From Macrostomum lignano (Eukaryota): a DNA stretch of 64,000 nt. The notes beneath the pieces are model-generated. The model did no database searches. It was not told the DNA's origin and was given only the letters and a program-made list of their open reading frames with translations. Both the position numbers and the translations under genes were made by a program. This document shows positions 24,511 through 37,637 of the stretch, piece by piece; position 1 is the stretch's first letter, and every line of letters begins with the position of its first letter. The stretch lies in contig NIVC01001488.1 of NCBI GenBank assembly GCA_002269645.1, positions 48,026 through 112,025 on the forward strand, written 5' to 3'.

Positions 24511-24810
24511 ACACGGCTGAATGTCGAACAACGTTCTCAGGAGAGGATTAAGTTGGATCTAAGAGCTCAGCTATCATCTATCAGCGCTCAAATATAGCGC
24601 TGGAGTCAGAGAACATCACTGCAATTAAACTTCCGCCACTCAGGTCCCAAGTGCGGTGCATGAATTGGAACGATGCTGCTCGGAAATTGAAACGAAGAAG
24701 TGCTGAAGCACTTGCTGACAAGCTGCTCGCGCTTAACTACTCAAACAGCGAGTCAAGGTGCCGCTCTCCCCCTGGCCTACCTCTGACGGAGTTTTTAACC
24801 ATAGCGAACC
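24511..24810 (+). CDS. DEG/ENaC exon 2: kringle-like module
   Basis: TTTTCAG acceptor and GTAAGT donor, 300 nt, phase 1-1. It reads DTAECRTTFSGED*VGSKSS...RCMNWN...SRCRSPPG, matching the kringle C-x5-G-x-x-Y-x-G, C-x-x-W and CRxP motifs. The C-terminal PWC/C..C part of a canonical kringle is absent. Confidence 0.65.
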
Positions 24811-24881
24811 GTAAGTGCCAAGCGTTCCAACAAAACATCTACATAAGTTGGTTAACTTTCAATCCACGCCTTGAATCCCAG

Positions 24882-25175
24882 GTCCACTACTGAAACTGCT
24901 TGGATGCTATGCTGCAAACTCGACCGGCTTTGAGTTCAACTTTACTTGCGGCACCGGCGGGCTGGTCAGCCACGAGGCCTGCGCCGACTGCTGCGGTCTC
25001 CTTGGATACTCGCACATCGGGCTGCAGCCCGGCAGCTGCCTCTGTGGCAACGGCTTTCCCGGCTCGGGCAACAGCAGTAGCAACAGCAGCATCTGCAACA
25101 GCAGCTGCATCAGCAACCGGAAGCAGGCCTGCGGATCGCCGACTGCCGTAACCGTGATACAGATTGCGGACACGG
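24882..25175 (+). CDS. DEG/ENaC exon 3: WSC domain
   Basis: CCCAG acceptor and GT donor, 294 nt, phase 1-1, no stops. It reads LLGCYAANSTG..SHEACADCCGLLGYSHIGLQPGSCLCGNGFP..SICNSSCISNRKQACGSPTAVTVIQI, which has WSC Cys spacing (GC+, CxxxC, GY, CxCGN, CxxxC, QxCG). This frame is not in the supplied ORF track. Confidence 0.85.
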
Positions 25176-26437
25176 GTGGGTTGTTTGGTTAAAAGTCGCA
25201 AAATCTTTATTTTTAAGCATCATTCTACAAGCTAATTCCATATTTTCAGGGATATTAGTCACAATTGAGTCGGAATAAATAAACTATTTATTTAATTAGA
25301 GTTGAAAACAGAAAGTAAGTGTGGCGCAGGGCTTAAACGGGTATAATAACAAGGCAATAAATTAGAGGGAGAGGTTGGGTGCAGATAAGAAAAGGAGGGG
25401 GTGGAATGCGCGACTGAGGAAAGAGGCGAGACTGAAGAGCCAATCAGAAGGCGTCAAGGGAGAGAGAGAGAAGAGACAAGACCTGAACAAGACAGAGGGA
25501 GAGAAAACAAGTAAACAGATACAAGTGCAAACAAACTGAATAAGTGGCTAAGAAAGCCGCGAAATTGACGAATCATTCCGCTTACAGAACCGAAGCCTTT
25601 GCAAATCGGAAACTTCAGCAATCTGACAGTCTTATCTAACGGGCCGTATTGTTTCTTTTTGGATGAGCTTGATAAACTGAATGCAGCCTTCTGTGACATT
25701 CCGTTTTGCCGTAAGTTTTCGAATTAGGCAAAGTTTTAGCTTTAGCTCTTAAAATCGATAGTGGCGCTCTTTATTGCATTTCAGCTACTGCCAGCGCCTT
25801 TGATTGCATAGTAAGCTCCGATGAAGAGGTCGTTCAAAAGCAGCAGCGAGCAAAGTATACTGGTCGAAAAAATGTTTCCTCTACCGGAAAGCCGTGCTTG
25901 CCATGGAGCTCGCTTGAAGAAAGCATGTCGAGGCGCTTCTTTTTCGGTTTGTTTGAACCGAACAAGTCATTTTGAATTCTGTCTGAAGGCACTGATAAAA
26001 TCTTTTTTGATTTTTCTTTCAGGACCATACAATTTTCTCGGCTTTGACATTCGAACGCCCGACTACAGTGAACAAGGTGGCGAAAATTTTTGTCGATCAG
26101 TTGAAATCATAGCGGAAGATAGCGTTGAATCCAGAGTAAAACGGTATAATATACGTACTTTTCTTTGAACATTGATTAGGTAAATGCATTTGCCTCAAGT
26201 CATACGTACCGCCCCTCACGTGGTTGCTTCAGTCGGTATCCGATTGCTTTTTCTGACACACCTGTGTGCGCCGTGAACACTGGAGCTGCCGTTGCGTTCG
26301 CGAACGTTGAGCTTGAGCCATGCGACATTGCATACTGCTGTAATTATGCCAAATGTTGTAGCTATAGTCGAAGAATAAGAGCGTAATGCAGTCTCAACAA
26401 CAATAAAATTAACCGCAATTAAACTCTGCGCCCATAG

Positions 26438-28918
26438 ATTCAGCAGTACCGACTGTGACAGGGGCCATCAGGGACTCGGTCGGGAGCCACCTGCTGGCAC
26501 GCCAGTTCGGCAGCGACCTCAGTATCAGCCTTGCGAACTGCAGCTTCGCTGGTCAGAAATGCACAAAGGATGACTTTTTGAACATTGCCCACCCCCAGCT
26601 GGGCATGTGCCATCAGTTTCTCAAGCAGCGTTTCACTGCCAGCATGACCAGCAGGCAACAGGCCCAGAGTCAGCTGTCAATCAAGTACTTTACTGACGCA
26701 ACCGACTCGAAGGGACAGATGGTAGCCAACATGGATCAACTGGCTGGAGTCGTGCACGGCAGCGTGGATTCCGATGCCAGCCGAATTGCATTCAAGGGAG
26801 GAATTTTCGCCTAAACTTTTCAGGGACCAACTTTTCAGGAAACTGGAAACTGATGGTCCAATAGGAGCTGGGAGACCACAGAGGGGCGCAGCCAGGGGGA
26901 GGGCAATGGCACCGCGGCCCCATCCCCAGTAAGTAACAGAAATTATGGTGCCCTTTTCCAGCTGACTGGCGCCTCCTTCAAGACAGCTTTAGTGCCCCTC
27001 ACAATGGGTTGGGCACCCTCTGTTCCTAATTTTAGCATTACCTTAACAACTAGTTTGCCTTTGGCGCCAATGGTACTGGCGCCACTACTGGTGCTGTCGC
27101 CCACGAAAAGCACGGATCATCAATAATAAATCCTTGCTTCGCTCTAGGACCTCAGAAAACGGAGTAGACGACGAGAAATTATGAACCATGCAAGATTTTC
27201 TTCTCTTTTTAAGTCCACCAAGCCGTCTCCCTATCATTGTCTTCATCTTACAGGCGATAATCGTTCCGGAGAGCAGCTTCCCCTGGCCATCGAAGGGCAT
27301 CGACGTAGCCGCTGCTCAACGCATGGATGTGCAGCTGAGACTCGATAAATTCTCCAAACTCTCCACCGCTCGGAGACCCTGCTCGGAGGTTCCCGAGCCA
27401 ATTGTGTACCGGCTACCGTCGTGGAAGCAGGCCGATTCGAACAAGGAATTGGAGTAAGTGCGAAAGTGCTCTACCTGCCATGGTAGCAAGCACTGTTTTA
27501 AGAATACCATTAATTTTGTAATAACACTTCAGCATGAGTACGGATCTTGAGGCGGTAGTCTCTGCCGCCGATTGGAAACAAAGGCTCGCACACTTTCAAA
27601 TGATGCTGGAAACTCTGAACAGCTCCAGGTTTGTTTAAGAAAAAAGGCTTCACAAAGGACAAATTTTTTAAGTTCCAAATATTTATTGATTTTTAGAGCT
27701 TTAACTGGAGTAGACAAAGTATTCAGCTACACTGACATGGAGGACTGCATCAACACCTACGTTGTCGAGAAGTTCATCGATAAATGCCGCTGCTTGCCCT
27801 CGTTTTTGCCTGTCCGAGCCGATTTCTTTGCAAGACATGCTTACTGCTTCGACACCCAAACTATGCCAAATATTTCCACGGAAACCGACTTATGCTTCAG
27901 GAATCAAGTCGCGAATCTGGTGCAGTACCAGTTCGATGCCGTCAGCCTCTGCAAGGCTGCGTGCTACACAACTGATTTCAGCGCCCGGCACATTACGTAT
28001 CCGTGGCCGAATCTGAACAGCTTCCGGTCGCTGGCGTTTTTGAAGAACCTCGCCTTTGCCCTCGGATACGGCAGCAGTCCGAGTGGCCTCAGGGGAATCA
28101 ACAGCGTCTACTGCGCCTATTTGAGATCGCTGAACTTCACTCAATCGCCAGCCAGTATGAGGAACCCGCTGGACATTCTCAGCTTCGACAGCGAGCTGAC
28201 GGCACTTCAAAACAGACTTGCCCAGCTAACAGTTCAGGCCTGGACATCGTACGGACAGGAGGTCTCAGAGGAAGAGGCTTATCCCGCCAAGAACCTTCTG
28301 GCTGACATTGGAGGTTAGATAACAAGTTTGCTAACGAAATTGTTTCCTAGTACTCGTAACTAAATGTTCGATTCGCTTGTAATTGAAAAACTGGCCCAAA
28401 GGTTGTCGTACGATTCACATCCACGAAGGCCAACCCCCAAGGAACCCGGAAGTGTACATGTCTGACGATTAGAAAGTCAAGGCCGCTGTTAATCCCGTGT
28501 GAGCGTGAGGGAGGCTGGTTCAGCGATTCAAGCCAGTGAAAGCTATCCCTAGCCGGACCATTCAAAGCATTGTCGAGTCCAAAGAGGTTTTACTTACGTG
28601 CTGTGGCAAATCTTTTTAAGTAAATTTTATCTGCATAAAAACCAAGAAGTTATCGATACTTTTTGCAAGTAAACCTTCAATTTTACTTTAGGAGCCCTTG
28701 GTCTCTGGTCCGGAATTTCTATTCTGACTGCCTGCGAACTGTTTGAGCTTCTGCTCTACTTTGCGCTGGCTGTGGGAGCTCGAATGCGCGAGTGTCGTCA
28801 GGCAGCCACCGGCTCTGCTGGGCACCTGCAAGGACCTGCAGTTTTGAGTAGCGGCAGCAGGCCGACTGTGCGAGCCGACGATGTTGAATTGAAAATTGAT
28901 GCAGACTCCAAGCTGTGA
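26438..28918 (+). CDS. DEG/ENaC exons 4-7 (palm, thumb, TM2, C-terminus)
   Basis: Exons 26438-26796, 27254-27453, 27697-28313 and 28692-28918. DIGG is joined to ALGLWSGISILTACELFE, and the CDS ends at TGA 28916-28918. Confidence 0.9.
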
Positions 28919-29447
28919 CTTGAGGCTGCAAATGATTCCAAGAGTTTATGGATGCAGTGTTCCATGGACACATTAAAGTCGGATCTTGGCGGAACTACGA
29001 TTACCGTAACTTACACGATAACAGCTCGAGAGAGATTCCCAGAAATACAACAAAAATTAATGCTGCCTAAAATAACAGAATACTTTTTATATGCTACTTT
29101 GACCTTGTCAAAAGTCACCTGAAAAGATTACCTGAAAGTTCCCGAAAGCTTTTCAGTGGCCCGACAGCAATACTCCAACGCCCGATTGCACAGGAATGAG
29201 CCATTGTGTTGCTAAAAATAACTCATACGATATCTCAGTACGAGTACTCACTCCTTCTGGGGTTTTTCAACCAGTAGAACTTGCCTGCAATGCAAATTGA
29301 ACTAAAATAGATACATGGAAGAAATCTGGTGGCAACTATCTTTGGTATTAACAGTTTGCCCAAGTTTACCATTTTAGGAATTTTGTGTACAATGGTCAAA
29401 ACATACTTACTGGTCGCCATAAATGTCTGACGAAAACAATAAACTGA

Positions 29448-31302
<1,855 letters not shown>

Positions 31303-31720
31303 GTTAAATTACAGGAGGGACTTGACTGCGTTTCTGAGCTCAGTTTGAGTTGCTTTTGAGTCAGTTGCTCAAATGCTGCAATGCTGCTCACTGGACTGAC
31401 ACCTCATCTGTTATCATAACTGTACATTGTCAGCTTCTTTAACTACGCAAGATTAATAAACTGCGAGCTACAATAAATTATTCCGACTTTTTTTCGAAAA
31501 TACTCAAATAAATAAAACTCAAGTTAAAAATTTTTTGCTAAACGCACCTGTGCCTAATGATTCTAAGGTGCCTTAACATTACTCAATTTCTTAAAACGTT
31601 TTATTGGAAGACTGAATTGAGAAGTAATCAGGCGAATTTCTGCAACGATGTTTTTTAATCGAGAAACTGGTAAAAATCAAGACGCGTCTGGTTCTCCGTC
31701 CTATGTATTTACCAGCGTCG

Positions 31721-34700
31721 TCACCGGCCACTGGGAGACTCTGGCCCGGAGCACAGGCTCAACACCTCGGCGTGCTGCAGCTGCACGGTGAGCCGCATCG
31801 CTTGCAGCTGCGCCACCAGCTCCGGTTCGCGACCTCGGCGGCGAAAGTCGTGCAGCTGCTTGGCGTAGTACACCAGCAGGCCAGCGTCCAGGGCGGTCGA
31901 CGCGGCCGAGCCGACGGCCGTGCCGAGCACGCGGGCCATGGAGATGGCGCTGGCTCGGCCGACGCCCTGCAGTTGTTTAAAAGTCAGCCTAAAAATGACA
32001 GTCTATCCGGCATTCATTTGAGCATGTTCTCAATGAAACTGGAAGCAAGCGGAACCAACTGGATCGAAGCGTGTTGACTGGGACTCTTGGTTTCACTCAC
32101 CAGTCAATATAAAATGTAAAATTTTCCTGTTTCTGCCTGTTTTAGTCTATTTGAGCCATTGCTCATCCCTATAACAGAGTCTCACCTTTTGACTGGCTTA
32201 AGGCACGCGTAGAGGAGAAGGATCTGATTGACTCTTAATACTAAAACTGGTGCGATGTTTGTTTGTGTGTTGCAATTTTTCTCCTAAACTACTGGCAAGT
32301 CAGCGTTGAAACTTATATGGGAAAACTGCAAATTTTCCGGATTGGGTTTATAGCTATTTTAATCTTTCATTTTTACATTTTAAGATCCCTAAAAAAGCAG
32401 AAAACTGTTTTTTTAACCCTCAATAACCTTCTTTGGCCACTCTGCCTGGGGCTGCAGCCAGTTTGTAAAAATAGCCACCCCAACCTCCGCCCGCGGGCCG
32501 CTGTGTATTGAGGGGTGGTGGGTGCGCGTGTTCCGCGTTCAATGCAAATAACCCCCCCCCCGCGTGTTGGGGGTTCAATTAAATTTAACGATTCCCCCGG
32601 AATGGGAGGGGGTTGGGCTTGGGCTGAGTGTACATAGCAGTTGTACAGTGTAAGGAGATAGCTAGGACTGTGTCGAGATTTAATTGGTTTTATTATCGGC
32701 GGCATTCAATAGGCAGCCATGTGTATTTGCTGGGCAGTAAAATTTAATGAATAAACTTGCGAGCCTCTTTAGCAGGCTGTGAACGTACACTCGATACTTT
32801 AATGCTTTAAATCAGGAAATTTCAAGCGCTAACTGTTCCTCGAGTTTTAAACTTTCAGAGGAGAGACTTATATTACTGGAAAGATCTTGCAATACTGAGT
32901 TCGGGGATATAAGTTGTTTGCTTTAAATGTGAAAACAAAAAGCACAGCATTTAAAAAACGATTTCCATACTTTTAACTTTCGGCAGTGTACTCATTTTGG
33001 AGTTCAATGGGGGTTCGACCAACCCCCAACAGTTGGTGGGAGGGGGGGGTTCAACTTTTAATTGCCACTGCGTATTGGAAGGGGGTCAGTCGCTGTGTAT
33101 TGGAGGGTTGATTTAGTTTGCGCAATCTTTTTGTTAACTTTTACCGAGACTGATACTGACTGACTGTGAAATCGGTTGCGCATTCAATTAATTCAATTGG
33201 TTCAACACGCTGCTGCGTTGTAGCTCTAACCCTAACCCTAACCCTAACCCTAACCACTAAATCCTGAGAGTTGATTCTTTTTTACGGAGAAAATTTCGAT
33301 TCAGTCCAGTTTAATGGAGAGAATTTCTGTTTCGCGAAGACGATTTTGATGGATGTCAGTTTCACGGAGAGGATTTCCATGGAGTCCAGTTTCACGGAGA
33401 GGATTTCTGTTTCTCGGAGGGGATTTTGATGAATGTCAGTTTCACGGAGAGGATTTCCATGGAGTCCAGTTTCACGGAGAGGATTTCTATTTCTCGGAGG
33501 GGATTTTGATGAATGTCAGTTTCACGGAGAGGTGTTTGATGGAGTTTTCTTTTACGGAGAAGATTTCGATGATGTTCAGTTTCGCGGAGAGGAGTTGGAT
33601 GATGGGATTCAGGGAATGGCATTTCAGGGAATGGAGTTCCGGTGATGGGAATTCTTCCCCTTTCTCCTCCAGAGGAGGAGTTGGCCTCGTATTTTATAAG
33701 ATTCTCAGTGGCTCCGGGTTTAACTGCATCTTCATTTAGGAGCGTTGCCATGGGTTTTATGGTGGAGGAGGAAGCCAAAAATTCTAAATTACTAAATCCC
33801 TACACTGCTTTGGGAATCGGAGATGCTAGAACTCCTTTGAGAGCCTCGGGCACTCAATCTGGTGCTATATTTTGGCACCCTGAAGCAATTTTTTTTAGTT
33901 CCATAAGTCCCAAAGTGGGGCGGGGGAACAAAACATTGGCATGTCTTCCCATAGCTTTTTCTGAGGGGAACATGTGACGTCCTTGTCTTCAGTTTCGTTG
34001 CCGTCCTGGCAAGCAGCCAAGCGCCCTACCTGAACTACGCCCTCGGTGATGTCCAAACTGCAATGAAGCGCCGCAGATCGCAGAGAGACCGCTAGCGCCT
34101 CACCACTTGGCAGATTTCCTGCATTGGCGCTGCCAAACAGAGACACTCGCACCAGCGACAGAGTCAGCCGGGCGGCTCTTGTCAAAGCTGTGAGAATTCG
34201 TTCACGCTCGTCCGATCTCAGCTCAGTAACCTCAGCTGCGGCCCACTCGCTTGGGCTATTAGTGTGTCCTATTAGACTACTCCGCTTATTGTCTTCTGGG
34301 AAGCATTCAACTGTATTTGTTTGGTCGCCCTCCGCAACTGAGGCTGCTCCCTCTCTGCCGATATCCTCCGCAGGTTCTGCTCTAAAGCCGCCGCTTAACT
34401 GTCTCTCACCGATTTCAGTCTCCGACTGCCCTCCAGCGAAAACACTTTGATTCGTCTGCCCCCCCTCGAACTCGACTCCCCGTCTGGATTGCCACTCAGC
34501 CCCGCTTTCATCGCTGACCAGCTCTTCGGCTACACTGCGTCCTCTTCTAAACCGGGCTTGGTCACCGTCAGCTGCCTCTTCAACCCTTCCTTCAGTGCCG
34601 CCTAATCGGTGCCGCAGTATCCCGTCAGGCTGCTCTACTGATTGGCCGATTCTGCCAACGAAATCGTCGGCGAGGCGCTCCACGACGAACTCGTGCGCTC

Positions 34701-36079
34701 CGACCACCAGGGCCAGCAGCTGGTCGGCTCGCCGAGCAGCGTCAATCTGGGCCACTCGGTCGTCGGGTACGCCAGCCTCGGCCAGGAGACGGGCGTGCAG
34801 CTTGCGACAGGAGCGCACCTCGAATATAAGCCAGGACAGCAGGCGACAGACCCGGCTGCCCAGATGCCTGTCACGGTGCCGCCGGACTGAAAGTTTAGCC
34901 TGAAAGGAAAGCACACAGGGGTACTATAAAACTGCATGTCCAGCAGTCTGGAAATAGGGACTCCCCTAGATTGAGAATCAGTCACTCATTGGCAACGATT
35001 GCCCAAGTTGTATTCAAGGTTGGTCCCACAAAGGTCTCCCGGATTCTCTGCACTGGGTTGATGAATGACTTAATCTTGTTCTGATGATTTTTACTTAATT
35101 ATACGTAGTTACAGCAGTTTTCTCAGAAAAAAACCGTTTCACTAACTATCGTATCGTCTGCATTCAGCTCCATGGCTTACACGCCAGTTATGAGTCAAAC
35201 TGGCATCCTCATGGCTTTAAGAAGCGCCTGCATCAACAACGAGGGCCATAGTGCTGAGCAGTGAGTAGCAGCTGTCACAGCACATTCACGCAAATTGTGC
35301 TAAGTAAAAGATGCCACCAAAAAATTAGGTTTAAGCAGGTCAAGTTTCAGACCAATCCATCAATCCAATGCAGAGAAAACTCTGCTTCTTGTCCGGGAGA
35401 CCTTTCTAAACCACCCTGTATTGTAAAAACCAGATTTACGGCACATTCCTTAGCTGGTCAGTTCAAACAGAGCCAAGCTAGTGTACCTGGGTCAGCAAGG
35501 AAGCTGCCAGCTGGTCAGTTCAAACAGAGCCAAGCTAGTGCACCTGGGTCAGCAAGGAGCTGCCAGCTGGTCAGTTCAAACAGAGCCAAGCTAGTGTACC
35601 TGGGTCAGCAAGGAAGCTGCCAGCTGGTCAGTTCAAACAGAGCCAAGCTAGTGTACCTGGGTCAGCAAGGAAGCTGCCAGCTGGTCAACTACGCTTTCCA
35701 ACAAGCGCAGGCTGTCGTTGAAATGCTTCCGCACACGCCGCGCAATGCCAGTCTGCGCCGCTGCGTGACGCACCGCCGCCGCGCCGCCGCTGACGCCGCC
35801 GCCGACAGCAACAACTGTGCCAGCAATGGCTAGCGGCAAGGCCGCACCCAGGCTGGCCATCAGCAGGGCGAAGCCAACTACGGAGACCACGCCGCCAGCG
35901 ACGGCAACTGCGCTGCCACCCAGCTTGACAACCGTGCTGGACTCGAAGCTTCTGCGCGCCTCGTTCATGGCTGCCTCAATGTCGGCCGCTAGAAGAATTC
36001 GCAGCTGCGCCCAGGGACCGCAAAGCTCGGCGCACGCTTCTGACACGGCCGATTCGACTGCTTCAGCGACTGACGGCAT
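31721..36079 (-). CDS. Apolipoprotein L-like protein (~512 aa, 3 exons)
   Basis: Exons 36079-35657, 34899-34030 and 31966-31721, all phase 0. It has a Gly/Ala hydrophobic hairpin (LGGSAVAVAGGVVSVVGFALLMASLGAALPLAIAGTVVAVGGGVSGGAAAV) and a C-terminal ARVLGTAVGSAASTALDAGLLVYYAKQLHD..EPELVAQLQAM, both ApoL-like. The exact exon 2 ends are a best guess. Confidence 0.72.
33226..33660. repeat. (CCCTAA)n tract followed by a degenerate ~27 bp array with an 80-bp duplication; unclassified repeat in ApoL-like intron
   Basis: CTAACCCTAACCC.. at 33226-33255; CAGTTTCACGGAGAGGATT units; a duplicated block at ~33353 and ~33433. Confidence 0.6.
35452..35687. repeat. 57 bp x4 tandem repeat spanning the ApoL-like exon 1 splice donor
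   Basis: Unit starts at 35452, 35509, 35565, 35622 and (partial) 35679. Each unit contains CAG|GT(A/G)CAC on the minus strand. Confidence 0.9.
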
Positions 36080-36302
36080 CGCTTCCGTTGTTGGGATTTA
36101 ACTTGGCGACGCTAATTTCTACTCAAGATAGCAGACTGGATCTTTACAAGCAAAGCGAAGTGAACAAGCTGAGTAGATCATCAAGCAGCAAAAGGTTTAA
36201 AAGGTTGTTCTTCCGTGATCTCTGCTAAGCCAGGCGCTCCGATGACTTGTAAATTACCATAGACTAAAGAATTTGTTGGTGCCTGGATTAACTGAGTGTA
36301 GC

Positions 36303-36389
36303 AACAGTAGCCGAAGTGGTTAGAGCATCGGAATCACAACTGAAAGGGTCGGGGTTCGATTCTCGACACCACTCGGAACAGTTTGTGTC
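36303..36389 (+). mobile_element. tRNA-derived SINE head (same family as 2803-2964), 3'-truncated
   Basis: A-box TAGCCGAAGTGG, B-box GGTTCGATTC, then CACTCGGAACAGTTTG shared with the 2803 copy. Confidence 0.7.
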
Positions 36390-37334
36390 TCTGATTTTAA
36401 GTAGACCTGCGGAAAATCAAGGGGATTTTCGTACTCTGCGGAAATTTTTCATTTCTGAATTTGCTCTTATGTTATACCCCAATACCCCAATTCTGACTAC
36501 TGGTTCGGTTTGTTGTTCAATGTCTTTGTGGAAATTGTTATGCTGCGATTTTGTTGCACTGTTCTTGTGATTTTCGGATTTGCTATAGTCGATCCAGACT
36601 ACCTGATGTCATCTGATCACCGTCATCTTTATTGTATCCCTGCCCTTCCTGTCCTGTCCTCTCCCTTCCTGTCCTGTCCTCTCCCTTCCTTTCCTGTCCC
36701 TCTCCCTTCCTTTCCTGTCCCTGTCCTTTCCCCGTACCAAGATTTCTGAGCATTCAGAATGGAATTTGCTTATCCATTCACTTGCGCGCTTGCGGCTTGC
36801 ATGCATTCACAGCTAGCTGCATCAGTTGCGGCGAGATGAAGTTTTAGCTCAAAACTGGCTTAGGGGGTCATCTGAACCAGCGCAAAACAGCCTTGGGTAG
36901 GGCGTTTGTGAACCTAAAAAGTAGTAAAAATTTATGTGTCTAGCTTCATTTTTTAGGGCTTGCATTGGTTAGGACATATTTTTCTACCCTGCGGAATTTC
37001 TCGGAAGAAAAATGGGCAAAGTGGCGTGGCAACACTGCTTCAGTTCATCCAGCTGCAAATTGGGTGCGTGTGCTTGGCGTCCATTCCAAAATCTCGTTCC
37101 ATTTTGGTTGTCATTTTAAGCGGCAGTCCAGTGGCCGTGGCGACCATGTGCCGAAATTTTTTGTTTTTGCGTTTTGGAGACCGGAGTCTCAGTTTTTTGC
37201 GTCGGGTCCAGGGAATTGGCTTATTTGCGTCATTTTCATTCAGGATGCTTGAAAAACCAACTGAGTCTCAAAGTGAAATTGACACGTGCTGCTAAAGTTG
37301 CTACTTACCGCAAGTTGTAGTCTCGACAGAAGAC

Positions 37335-37361
37335 AGAAGAGAGGAGGAGAGAGGGGAGAGA

Positions 37362-37394
<33 letters not shown>

Positions 37395-37592
37395 GGGACA
37401 GATAAGGGGAGAGAGAAGACGGGAGAGAAGATGGGAAGAGATAAGGGGAGAGAGAAGAGGGGAGAGAGAAGAGGGGAGTGAGAGAAGGGGAGAGAAGAAG
37501 GGAGAGATAAGGGGAGAGAGAAGAGGGGAGAGAAAAGAGGGGAGAGAAGAGGGGAGAGAAAAGAGGGGAGAGAAGAGGGGAGAAAAGAGAGG

Positions 37593-37635
<43 letters not shown>
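37335..37635. repeat. Polypurine tract ending in a (GA)n microsatellite
   Basis: Direct reading. Confidence 0.9.

Positions 37636-37637
<2 letters not shown>

Larger units (their letters stand above)
6615..28918 (+). pseudogene. DEG/ENaC (ASIC/FaNaC superfamily) channel with kringle-like and WSC ectodomain modules; disrupted in this sequence
   Basis: Exons 6615-7122, 24511-24810, 24882-25175, 26438-26796, 27254-27453, 27697-28313 and 28692-28918 total 2505 nt with all phases compatible. Hallmarks are TTAHG, TM1, FPDV-x-IC, CSFAGQKCTKDDF, the Cys-rich thumb (DCINTY..KCRCLP..CKAAC) and LLADIGG/ALGLWSGIS (TM2). In-frame TAA codons lie at 6891-6893 and 24549-24551, and GG replaces GT at the expected donor 26797. 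Family identity is secure; functional status is not. Confidence 0.85.

Noticed and set aside
6891-24551. Genome-wide TAA-to-Tyr reassignment
   Set aside because: Actin and the ~2000-codon rootletin contain no in-frame TAA, and Tyr is encoded normally. It is kept only as a remote alternative in the findings.
26880-27095. GC-rich segment resembling a non-autonomous DNA transposon end, with loose similarity to 1830-1885
   Set aside because: No matching TIR pair or TSD could be defined.
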